A stretch of DNA of 64,000 bases from NCBI GenBank assembly GCA_964016885.1, contig OZ024743.1:18166001-18230000 (forward strand). The letters run 5' to 3'. Below, in pieces: positions 52,870 to 64,000 of the stretch (positions within the stretch are counted from its first letter, which is position 1; every line of letters begins with the position of its first letter). Source of the DNA: Eledone cirrhosa. Lineage: Eukaryota. A program made the translations under genes and the position numbers. Below the pieces are notes generated by a model. That model did not search any database, was not told the origin of the DNA, and saw only the letters and a list, made by a program, of their open reading frames with translations.

Positions 52870-53043
52870 TGTTTCTACTTTAGGCACAAGGCCAGCAATT
52901 ACCAAGTGCATTACTACTACTTTATTTTATCGACCCCGTAAGATGAAAGGTAAAGTCAACCTCGGCGGGATTTGAACTCAGATCGTAAAGGGACGTAACT
53001 ATGCTGGAAAACATGGCGTCCGACCCTCTACCGATACTGCCAA
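52870..53043 (-). mobile_element. SINE S1
   Basis: A box TGGCAGTATCGG, B box GAGTTCAAATCC, core CCTTTCATCTTACGGGGTCGATAAAAT, tail GGCCTTGTGCCTAAAGTAGAAACA(ATT)n. Confidence 0.88.
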
Positions 53044-53191
53044 AAAAAAAAAAATAATAATATATGTATGCTCCAGGTGGTATTCCCACTTTCGACCTTT
53101 CTGAAATTCCTTTGATTGATCCGATAATATTGAATGGAAAGATCCGTATTATAAAAGTCAATGTATTACGTGGTGTTATACATGCACCGTT

Positions 53192-53220
53192 GGCCTTGTG
53201 CCTAAAATAGAAACAGTTAT
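53192..53220 (+). mobile_element. 29-bp SINE S1 3'-tail-only insertion with 13-bp TSD
   Basis: GGCCTTGTGCCTAAAATAGAAACAGTTAT flanked by TACATGCACCGTT (53179-53191, 53221-53233). Confidence 0.85.
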
Positions 53221-55271
53221 TACATGCACCGTTATCTTGATTGTTAATTGTAAGACTTTTGGAATCCGTTTGAGGACCTGCTCTTAATGACTACATACAA
53301 TAATTGTCGTATGACTTTATTTTACAAAAAATACGTGTTTTCGGATTCGATCGCGTTTGGTTAATTCTAAGGAGTGTGACATCTACTAAATTTTCTGGTT
53401 AATAAATTCCTTCGTGTCAGCTTGAACATCTGGAAAGTGCTTGGAATGTTGACGGTTTGAATTTTTCTGCTATGATATTGAAATTCTGCTTGTTTTGATG
53501 CAACAGAATATGAGCATTTTGTGAATTTAATTCTGTATCTGGAGGCTGGGGACTGTGATTGAGAATATCATTCTCCCTTCATCGTATCTCATTTGGTGCA
53601 TAAGGAGAAAAATCTTACGAGAAATTATGTTTACACGTGAAGATATGTCAGGAAAAAAATGATTTAACGAATGGTTTGAAAACCGAAACTTATTTAACAC
53701 AATATACCTTTGAAACCTTTTTTCTATTACTCAGGTCAATATTCATTTCTGATATTAAGTTACAGTAAGTTGATTAGGAAATTAGTATCTTACAGCATAT
53801 AACATAATTTTATCGACCTACGTTTGACTGTAAGCTGCCATTCTTGTATTCAGCGCAGATATGAAAACGTAATGTTTACATATAGAAGGAGTTCAGCTAA
53901 TGATTGTGATTCCAACAACCCAGAAAATCAAATTAGAAATATTGAATTAGGAATATTTATGATTTGAATACATGAATGTTTCAAGCAATAGAAATGTGTG
54001 ATGCTAAGACATATTGTTTGCAGCAGTATTTATTCATCACCACCATATAAGTGTACAAATTACTGATTCAATAATATTTCGAGGTAGATGCCAGCGTGCA
54101 TAACTTATCAACTAATCGTTAATTTTAAATGTAAATAGATTTAGATTTTATATGAAATGTTCACTACCAGTATCACCAACTTTAATATAATTGGCATTTT
54201 TTAATCCGCACAAACGTTACACCTAAATGAATCGTTGGTGAATTACAGACCTTTGTAAACATTTCCTTATCCACCATTCTTTATGAAGATTATACATGAG
54301 GTGAGGGATATCGAAAACCTAATATACCTATCTAATCGGAATTCTTCTTTTAAGAAAATAAATTGTTTTGTTAGAAGATATCTGTTAATTCAAATATAGG
54401 TATTAATTGGTATATTGTATTCTATTTTCATCGAAGTCTAGTAAAATATGAGTATAAGTATGCGTTTACCGTGCAACCTCCAACACGTTTCATTTTAATA
54501 TTTTCTCGTCAGTTTGATATTGTAGCTCTTAGTGTAGCCTGATATTTCAAAGGAAAAAAAACATATCAAATATTGTTTGTTTACAATACAGTTATACGGT
54601 AGAAGGACATGGTAGGTACAAATAATCAATATACCATATAAGGAAGACTTATCAGGATCACGTTGAAATACATCATTAAATTGAATGTAATGAAAAGGAA
54701 AACGCCGTGTTGATGGACGGCAAATGTGCCACAGTAATTAAACAGATTTACGCATGACATTTTCCAAGAAATGGATGCAGATGTATAGCAAAGTTTAGGC
54801 TGAATGAATAAATAACACCAAAAAACACATGAGGATAATAAAGTAACACCAAAACAGTTGGTGTGGAATGTTGATAGATAGAAAAAAAAATCGAAGTTGC
54901 TTGAATTATGATCCCAACAATCATTGGCCGAGGTATTCTGAAGAAGACATATATAAGAATGAGAACGCGAAATATATATACACACATACACTTACAGGAA
55001 TCGCCCAAAATATATACACACATAAGAGTTTTTGTGTATATATATATATATGTATATAAATATTATTCGTTATTATTTATGTAATTCACGTATACTCTAT
55101 AGTATGCAAACTTTGTTTCTATTTGTTTTGTTGCATCACCATGTCCACTTGAATGAACACAATTCTTTTAATAGTGTCGAAGCTGTAGTGATTTCTACTG
55201 AGATTGTCTGTCCGTTTTTCCATTGTTTTTTCCCCCTATTGTCCTTGTCCACTGAACCGCTTGGGTTTGGA

Positions 55272-55355
<84 letters not shown>

Positions 55356-55406
55356 CCCTCTCTCTCTCGTATCTCGCTCTCTCTTCTCTCTCTATCACTC
55401 TCTCTC

Positions 55407-55445
<39 letters not shown>

Positions 55446-55640
55446 AAAGAAAGTGTGGGTGGTAAGGAACTAGGTGGATCATGACGCACAACAGTACAAG
55501 ATAATTACTGTAGTAGAATGGGTAATAGGAAACGAGTCAGGACCCCGACGGCTGAGGTCCAGAGGTTTGGACTAGATGCGAACTAAACCAGTAGTATTAG
55601 GACGACAGCTCCCTGCTGTCCTGACTGACCCTTTTTTCTA
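55446..55640. mobile_element. PLE-derived family B copy, decayed
   Basis: GTGGTAAGGAAC..ACGCAC..GTAGTAGAATGGGTAATAGGAA..GACCCCGACGGCTGAG between (TA)n tracts. Confidence 0.65.
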
Positions 55641-56171
55641 TATATTTTATATATATATATATGTATATATAAGGCCAGGTGTAGAGGAATTATAATCGAT
55701 GACTATAAGTGAATTGGATATTCAGTGTAAACAATTTTGGAATAACAGCGACATCTGTCTCTTATTGACGTAATATCCAGAGTTGTTTTTAATATTAAGA
55801 CAGATTTCAAAATTTCATTTCACATTATTTATTCGTAATCGTATGTAATATAAGTTTCGCATGGGAACAGCTAATTGATTCAATCGGTGAAAATCAGATC
55901 GATTATTGGATTGATTCGCCATAAATATTCAATGAGAATAAGAATTGCAATGATTGAGAATAAGAATTGCAATGATTGAGAATTCTGCTGATAGACATAA
56001 TAGCTATGAACACAATAGAAGAGAATAGAGAGAGATATTCCGATTCTATTTTCCATCGCGTCAGATAAGTCAATCAATCCTAGACTCGATTTGGGTGTAC
56101 CCGATTAAAGTTCCGCATACTTGTGAAAGAGAAAAGGATTAGAACTGAAATGTAGGCCACTTTCAAAACAC

Positions 56172-56211
<40 letters not shown>

Positions 56212-56265
56212 ACACACACACACACGCACACGCAGACACGAAAACACGCCCACACACCCACGCCC

Positions 56266-56373
<108 letters not shown>

Positions 56374-56647
56374 GGAAAAATGAAACAAAATTTCATTTCC
56401 CACTCTTAGTACGTCTGTTACTTAAATATAAGTATGTACACGTACATACATATATGTATACAAACGTACAGTAGTATGTATATATATATATATATATATA
56501 TATACATACATGCACACATATATATATGTACGTATGGATTCACCGAACATTTATTATAATGCTCGGGGTGTTTGTAAACAAACATCCCGTATTAAGCCGT
56601 AGTGTCTAGCAACCATCGTTGCTCGTTTGTTCAACACTGACACAGGA

Positions 56648-56690
56648 ACGCAGTACTAGTTTCAAGCTTATTAGCTATCGTCAGCAACGT
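56648..56690 (-). ncRNA. Minimal type I hammerhead ribozyme (inverted copy)
   Basis: Exact reverse complement of 56899-56941. Confidence 0.85.
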
Positions 56691-56898
56691 ATACCTTCCT
56701 GCCATATGTATGTACGTGTACATACTTATATTTAAGTAACAGCCGTACTAAGAGTGGGAAATGAAATTTCGTTTCATTTTTTCCGTTTATCGTTTTCGGT
56801 GCACCCGGCCTATTAACCCACTCGATATGCAAATTGGGCTACTCAGCCGTTAATATGCATAAAGTAAGTATACGTTCAACAATCCGGCAGGAACGTAT

Positions 56899-56941
56899 AC
56901 GTTGCTGACGATAGCTAATAAGCTTGAAACTAGTACTGCGT
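56899..56941 (+). ncRNA. Minimal type I hammerhead ribozyme
   Basis: ACGTTG CTGACGA TAGCT-AATA-AGCTT GAAAC TA GTA CTGCGT. Confidence 0.85.
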
Positions 56942-57150
56942 TCCTTTGTCGGTGTTGAACAAACGAGCAACGATGGTTAATAGACACTACGGCTTAATAC
57001 GGGATGTCTGTTTACAAACACACCGAGCATTATAATAAATGTTCGGTGAATCTATACGTACATATATATATATATATGTGCATGTATGTATATATATATA
57101 CATACTACTGTACGTCTGTATACATATATGTATGTACGTGTACATACTTA

Positions 57151-57218
<68 letters not shown>

Positions 57219-57221
<3 letters not shown>

Positions 57222-57666
57222 GGAAAGTTATATTTAAATTGTTGGGTTACAACTAGTAAATATTTATAACTGATATAAAAGCTCTCAACAAGTATTTGGA
57301 GTATATTTACGATATTAAATAAATGGAAACTATACTTATAAAACCATATTTATTTCATTATATATATTTCAGGGATATCATATTAACAATATGTTATGCC
57401 TTCTTCAGACAAAATACAATATAGACAGTTTTATAAATAAATAGATTTGACATACCGTTCAACATCGACTTGTATTTGAAAAGTTGATTCGGCAGTGTTG
57501 AAAAGTCGATGTTGAACGGTATGTCAAATCTATTTATTTATAAAACTGTCTATATTGTATTTTGTCTGAAGAAGGCATAACATATTGTTAATATGATATC
57601 ACTGAAATATATATAATGAAGTAAATATGGTTTTATAAATATAGTTTCCATTTATTTAATATCGTA
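57219..57666. repeat. Palindrome (arms ~57309-57471 / 57503-57665) with ~90-nt one-sided tail, hammerhead in arms
   Basis: Left-arm sense: ATTTTGT CTGAAGA AGG...CCT GAAA TATATA TA ATGAAAT. Confidence 0.85.
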
Positions 57667-58075
<409 letters not shown>

Positions 58076-58093
58076 TATATATATATATATATA

Positions 58094-61000
58094 CGTGGAA
58101 AAGTAAGAAATCGGAGAACAGACCGTTAACACATGTTTATTTAAAACAGCACCTACGTACGTTTGGCCCAGTTGGGCTTGTCTAGGGCATACATAACCAA
58201 AAGTGTTCCTTACATTGCTCGGAAAGTGTTTTGGGGGTTAAGTTCACGTCATAATTCATTCTTCGCCCATAAAACAGTGGTTTCATTTTGCAGTAAGTCA
58301 AGGGAGGTAACTCTGGCCGGTGTTAGGGCAGTCTTTCCCGGACAAATTTTTTCCGCTACAGGGCCAGGTAATCAACGCTTATTTTGAGACGTTTGTTAAC
58401 CGCACCTGCTCGCCTGGGTCGTTTAAGGTTGGGTCTGGGATGCATGGTTAGTTTCCTGGGTGTGTTTTTCCAGCGCCTTCCCGCCGGGGTGTTAAAGCTT
58501 GTTGCAGGGAGACCCGGTACACGGTTTCACTCCTCATCCTTAACCCATCTGAAGAAGGACATTTTTAAGAGATGTGTACAAATTATCGTCGTTTCAGCTC
58601 TGCTCTTGGTGAGTTCGTGTGGTGCAGTTATGATGTGGTAGAGCTCCATGAGGCAAAGATCGCACTTCCTCTTGAAGTTGTACGGTGCAGCCCTGCCGAA
58701 AATATCCCAGTGCGTGGAGAAGCTGATGTTTAAGTGTGTTAAAGATGTGATGTAGTCCGCGAGCGAAGTGGAGTGTCTTAATTTCTTATTTTTAAAAGAG
58801 TGGAGATGTGTTCGAAATCTAATTTTGAACGGGCCAGAGGTAGCCCCTATATAATGTTTAACGCTATTGTGGCTAGTTACCGTGCACCTATATATTACCC
58901 TATCAGTCAAGCAGTATCCTCTAAGGGGGCAGCGGCCCTTGTCGCGGCAGTTGCAATTTCTGTCGTGGTTCCTTCTACTTCCCACGGTCAGGCTATCATT
59001 GTTGCTATCTACGTTGTTATCTACGCTTCGGCACCTGTCCTTAGCACCATTACAGCCCACAGTGCGCAGGGTGGTACGATTATTATTCCGCACGTCATAT
59101 CCTGCATGTTCCCCAGTCATGTCGCGGTTATGCCGGTTGCGTCTGTAGAGGCCGTTGCCAGCACTATTGGATGCTGCTAGGGTGTTGTTAAGGCCGATAT
59201 ATTTATTGTCAGGTGTTGCTAAGGTGCTGCTCAGGTTTTGCTAAGGTGCTGTGTCTTAGTGATCTTACTGTGGTTCGTTGTTCCTATGATGTCTGCTAGG
59301 TTAGGAGTAGTAGAGAAAGATATTCTTATATTGTTCCTATTAAAATTTATCTATACCTATGGTTGGACGGGAAGGTCTTCTCTAAGGCTTCGAAGAATAT
59401 CCGGGGTATGTTGGAGGCCAGACTCCGAGAGTAGGTGAGGTGGAGCCATAGGACATTACGGTGGTGATTACGTGTCGTTTTACGTTTGCTACGAGTGGTT
59501 CCATCAAGGTGACCGTACTTAAGTGCGTTAATGCACTGTAGCCCGTTACGTGCTTCTTTCACTTTATGCTCGGGTGCACTCTTCTTCCTTCTTCCATGTT
59601 TATGTACAGGAAGATGTTGGTTGGAAGGCGTTGGTAGTAGACCGTCGCCTTTGTTGATTTTATAGTAGAGGAATAATTAGAGTAGACAACCAAGGTCACT
59701 GTCACCGGGGTTGTGATCTTTGTTGTGTTAGAAGTTACCTATACCATCGCCAGTGTAATTAACGTTGCGACCGTCTTCTTTAGTGCGAATATCTATACTA
59801 TTATATCCGACTCCTACGAAGTCGCCGCGTGAACGGTTATAGGAATGGCTTACTATAACGTTCGTGTTATGATGGGGCGGGGGGGGGGGTTCTAGAGCTA
59901 GTATTAGGGATGTAGGAAATTCCTCGGTTAAAGCCGAAGCTTATCAAGGCCCTATTGTAGTACTCTGCCGCTTGGTTGAAGATATCGTCATTGGCGGAGA
60001 GCCTCAAGATTCTATTTGAGATGCTATATACTATGGAGTTGAGAGGCTGCTTAGAGTGATTGGAGGCATAATTAATATAAGAAAGACACTCTCCAGGCTT
60101 ATTGTCTGGCTTCTATAGGCCCGTACTCAACTCCAGGGTCACGTCCAGGAAGTTGACAAACTGATGGTTGAGGTCCATAGTTACGGATAGGCCGTATGAC
60201 TAAAGAACCTGTGTAAATGTGTGTTAAGTTTCTCTATCCTACGAGGGCTATGGTTCTTAACGGTAAACAGGGCGTTGTCCCTATATACACCTCCTTGTAG
60301 GGCCAGTAGCTCGTCCCTAAGCTTATGGAGGAGGTATATCCCGACCAGGTCAGTTGCTTGCGCTGAGTCACTGGAACCCATCGTGCATCGAAGGACGGTT
60401 GGTTCTGGTCCTGTGGGAGCCTTCGAACTGGATAATGGTTCTACGCGCCGCTAGAACTATGCCTATTTCTTTTTTATTGAGGCTAGTGTTAGATTTATTT
60501 AATATGAGTGTCATATTTAAGAGTATGGGGGAGATAGAGGCGTAGTAACTCTCTTGTGTCAAACTGGATGAACTTCATGGTCGCTTTATCCGGCAACTCG
60601 GTGAACGAATTTATGATCTGGTCGGTGTTGCTCCAGAGGTAGAACTTACACTTTCTATTAAGCTCCAGTAGTACTCTATCGAGGATCACTTTACTAATAT
60701 TACTTATATCAGATGTAGAGGGACATATTAATCTAATAGAGGGGCTTTCATTAAAGTTAAATTTGTGATCCTTAAGAGAGAATCTAGGCGTCAGAGAGAC
60801 GTACAGGTTAGTGTACCTTTCTATTTCTAAGCTCGTAATTTTATCTTTCCCTACTCTATTTATGTCATTTAGGGTACAAAAAGGTGTCTTTTTGTAGTCT
60901 TTGTGTAGTTCCTTATAAATGAATTGTTTATACTTGCTCACGTCCATCTTGTACATATTCTTGGTTTTGTTGGAGGTGACGAAGAGGTGCGGGTCATTTT

Positions 61001-61249
61001 TAATCTTATTTATGAGTGTATCAAGGTACGTTAAGAATGGATTGCTGCATCGGTGTTTCTTTCTGAACTTAACGTGTTTGATCATTTTCAGCAGGTCCTC
61101 TTCAAAGGAGTCTAGTAAGGTGTTGTGCGGTGGGTTTCGGTATGTTTTGAAGCCATACCTCTCTTTAGGTTCAGGAAGGCTACGGGTGTTCTTATCCAGG
61201 TGGTAGGCCTTCCATTAGACACTCCGTATAAACGAGTTAGTGGCGTCTT

Positions 61250-61250
<1 letters not shown>
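58094..61250 (-). mobile_element. Naiad-type Penelope-like retrotransposon, nearly complete ORF, decayed
   Basis: WKAY..YGFKTYRNPP..FEEDL, SLKDHK.NF...IRLICP, MGSSDSAQATDLVGIYLL, YRDN (YRDD-like), then NCNCR..CPL..CL, YIG, CDLCLME. Degenerate hammerhead near 58150-58190. (TA)n both flanks. Confidence 0.88.
58527..59120 (-). CDS. GIY-YIG endonuclease domain of Naiad PLE (open fragment)
   Basis: NCNCRDKGRCPLRGYCLTDRVIYRCTV...HYIGATSGPFKIRFRTHLHSF...CDLCLME. Confidence 0.82.
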   Translation of the reverse strand: MTGEHAGYDVRNNNRTTLRTVGCNGAKDRCRSVDNNVDSNNDSLTVGSRRNHDRNCNCRDKGRCPLRGYCLTDRVIYRCTVTSHNSVKHYIGATSGPFKIRFRTHLHSFKNKKLRHSTSLADYITSLTHLNISFSTHWDIFGRAAPYNFKRKCDLCLMELYHIITAPHELTKSRAETTIICTHLLKMSFFRWVKDEE

Positions 61251-61318
<68 letters not shown>

Positions 61319-61322
61319 GTAG

Positions 61323-62378
61323 ATCTTACATATATGAAGATCTTACAGGCTTATGGAATCCCCAAGAGGATAGTGGTCCTGATGTCACTGCTCTACACCA
61401 ACACCAAATCCCAAGTCATTACACCTGATGGGATGACAGCGTTCTTTGAGATACTGGCTGGAGTGCTCCAGGGAGATACATTGGCTCCCTACCTTTTTAT
61501 CATCGTAGTGGACTATTGTATGCGCCTTGCACTGGAGAAACACCAGGACTCTGGCTTTACTGTAGCACCGGCTCAGAGCAGGAGAGTTGGGGCGAAAAAG
61601 GTATCGGATGCTGAATTTGCCGACGACATAGTTTTGGTGACAAATACAGTGAAGGAGGCAGAGGATTTGATCCGGGAGGTTGAGACTGTGTCGATGAGTA
61701 TGGGGCTGAGAATGAATGAGACTAAAACAAAATATCTGGGAGAGAATGTTGAGAAGCCAGAGGGGATCACTAATGTAAGCGGGAAGCCGCTGGAATTGGT
61801 TGAGGACTTCCTGTATTTGGGAGCAAAGATTGGGAATACGGAAGATGATGTGGTTGAGAGGAAGAGCAAGGCCTGGGCGGCGTGTCACAGCTTGAGATCG
61901 GTGTGGAAGTCGGACCTTCGTAGAGACCTGAAAATCCGCCTCTTCATTGCTGTAGAGGAGTCTGTGCTGCTGTATGGGTCTGAGACTTGGACACTAACCA
62001 AGAGACTCACTCAGATGGTGGATGGGTGCTACACGAGAATGCTGAGGATGGCTCTGAACATTAATTAGTATACACTGAGGATGAAAAACTCAGAGCTGTA
62101 TGGGAGCATCCCAAAAGTCAGCTCAAAAGTGACACAGAGGAGACTGAGGTTGGCTGGACACGCTCACCGACATCCAGAGTTGACATTGCACTCAGTGCTC
62201 CTTTGGGAGCCCCTACATGGACACACTAGAAGAGGAAGACCAAGGTTAACATATGTTGATGCCCTAAGGACAGACACTGGTCTGTTGGAGATGCAGGATA
62301 TGGCAGCGATAATGAGGGACAGAGACCACTGGAAAGAACTCGTCCATGGATCTCGGGAATTTTACCCGCCTTAGATAG
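61323..62378 (+). mobile_element. RTE-clade LINE, 5'-truncated, with 12-bp TSD
   Basis: GVLQGDTLAPYLF, EFADDIVL, FLYLG, VLLYGSETW, RRLRLAGH. (TAGA) tail. TSD ATATATACGTAG at 61311-61322 and 62379-62390. Confidence 0.9.
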
Positions 62379-62473
62379 ATATATACGTAGGTACGGGTTG
62401 AGTCGCGGATAACCACAGTAAATAAGGTATTCAATACATGGCAGAGTAAACATTTTTTTTATTTTATAGAAGG

Positions 62474-62524
62474 AGCTTCTACAGGACAAGTACTGTTTCA
62501 TTCAGATGAAATCTTCAGGAAGCT
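62474..62524 (-). ncRNA. Type I hammerhead ribozyme in family C element (62391-62550)
   Basis: Minus: AGCTTC CTGAAGA TTTC-ATCT-GAAT GAAACAG-TACTTGTC-CTGT A GAAGCT. All stems pair; GUA cleavage site. Confidence 0.85.
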
Positions 62525-62551
62525 GGGTGTCATATTAAGTTCTGGTATTTA

Positions 62552-62585
<34 letters not shown>

Positions 62586-62586
62586 A

Positions 62587-62665
<79 letters not shown>

Positions 62666-62740
62666 TATGGAATAAACATTTGTCAGCAAATAAATGTTCT
62701 AAACTAAAATTTGATCGTTTTAATACTTTGTACGATATAT

Positions 62741-62823
62741 AACGAAGGAAGTGTGGTAAGGAATCGAGTTCAGATCTAGCTGTTGAAACAGCCGGAACTC
62801 AGCCGTTGGGGTCATGGCTCTTT

Positions 62824-62881
<58 letters not shown>

Positions 62882-62993
62882 ATGTATGACCCCGACAGTA
62901 GAGCTCAAGCCGTTTCGACGGCTATTTCTGGACGAAATTAGAGTACTTTGGTGCGTTATGGTCCATTTAGTTCCTTACCACAATTCCTCTGTT

Positions 62994-62995
<2 letters not shown>
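62741..62995. mobile_element. Two further family B head-to-head chimeric fragments (62741-62828, 62878-62995) in (TA)n
   Basis: Each joins a GTCGGGGTCAT-type short end to a TTCCTTACCAC long end in opposite orientation. Confidence 0.7.
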
Positions 62996-63088
<93 letters not shown>

Positions 63089-63503
63089 ACGATTGAGGGA
63101 GAGAGAACGATAGAGAAAGAGAGAACGAAAGAGAAAGATAGAGAGAGAGAGACATATGCATATATCAACAGAGAGATTGATATATAATGTATGGATCCTG
63201 AGGTTCTATGATAGCTCAACGAGAGAATTAAAGTTCAACATCCAATAGCCTGACAGCTTGCGTACTGCCTATGTCATAAAAACCACACATTTAATATTTT
63301 GCAGAGAAGAATATAACCAGGATAACATCAGAGAGCCAGAATAAGTATTATTCTTACCTAGCCACTACGTTTTTATAAGGCTTATATTATTCCATTTCAT
63401 GCCAGAAAAATTATCAGAATTCAACGTCCATTAACATCGGTCTATGATGTAACAAAGAACCAGCCATAATCAATAGGAAATATATATTTACATAAAAATA
63501 TCA

Positions 63504-63667
63504 GACCTCAATAACTAAATTACTAACACCAGGCATCATAAAACAATTACTCTATTTTGAATAACAGACACACGCACGAAAAAAACCTTGTACATACTGG
63601 TGCATGTATTTAGAAATAGAGTAATGATTTAATGATACCTGGTGTTAGTAATTTGGTAATTGAGGTC
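63504..63667. repeat. Imperfect inverted repeat (~55-bp arms)
   Basis: GACCTCAATAACTAAATTACTAACACCAGG...ATTACTCTATTT vs AAATAGAGTAAT...CCTGGTGTTAGTAATTTGGTAATTGAGGTC. Confidence 0.65.
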
Positions 63668-64000
63668 ACTATTATTGAACGCGTCATCGATCACCATTAA
63701 TCAGCACTCTCAATATATCTAATCTCATGTAGCCTGGGAGACTTTATAGAACACTGATAATAATTTTTAATCTAGGATTTGCAGTTTTCTACATCTTTAT
63801 CGCCTAGAATTAACACCGAGTAAATGTTTAGTAATGATGTTCTATTGTTAAAATCAGTTCATTTATGTGATTGCCACAATAATTTCTTTCTCAATTCATA
63901 TTAATTTATTGAGAAATTAGCACGTTATATATTTTATCTTAAAATCATTGCTCTTGTTTTAGTTAAAAATGTATGTGAAGGTTTTTCTGCTTCGTCCCTG

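Noticed and set aside
58527-61085. Possible selenocysteine recoding in Naiad elements (known for some Naiads)
   Set aside because: Conserved Cys positions in both readable EN domains (58527-59120 and 12520-12940) are TGT/TGC. The interruptions look like random decay, and I see no SECIS I can support.

Overview
Repeat-saturated, AT-rich eukaryotic (animal) DNA. I see no host gene I can support. The tRNA-derived SINE types, dense (TA)n/(AAT)n microsatellites and TE mix suggest a mollusc, probably an octopus/cephalopod (inference). Contents: two copies of a Tx1/L1-clade LINE plus a 3' fragment of a relative, four Dong/R4-type RLE LINE pieces stacked at (AAT)n tracts, two RTE fragments, an end-to-end but decayed Helitron, a non-autonomous LTR element with a 4-bp TSD, several SINEs, and many Penelope-like element (PLE; Naiad- and Neptune-type) remnants. 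Two things stand out. First, there are more than a dozen intact or decayed type I hammerhead ribozyme motifs, including two non-coding tandem-hammerhead (retrozyme-like) families with 468-nt and 522-nt units; the 468-nt family has a conserved octamer plus PSE-like motif and covarying hairpins. Second, a recurring asymmetric inverted-repeat insertion architecture inside (TA)n tracts is shared by many unrelated families. Most ORF-track entries ([10 protein letters not shown], poly-I/L) are microsatellite artefacts. Coordinates were read by eye and may be off by a few bases.
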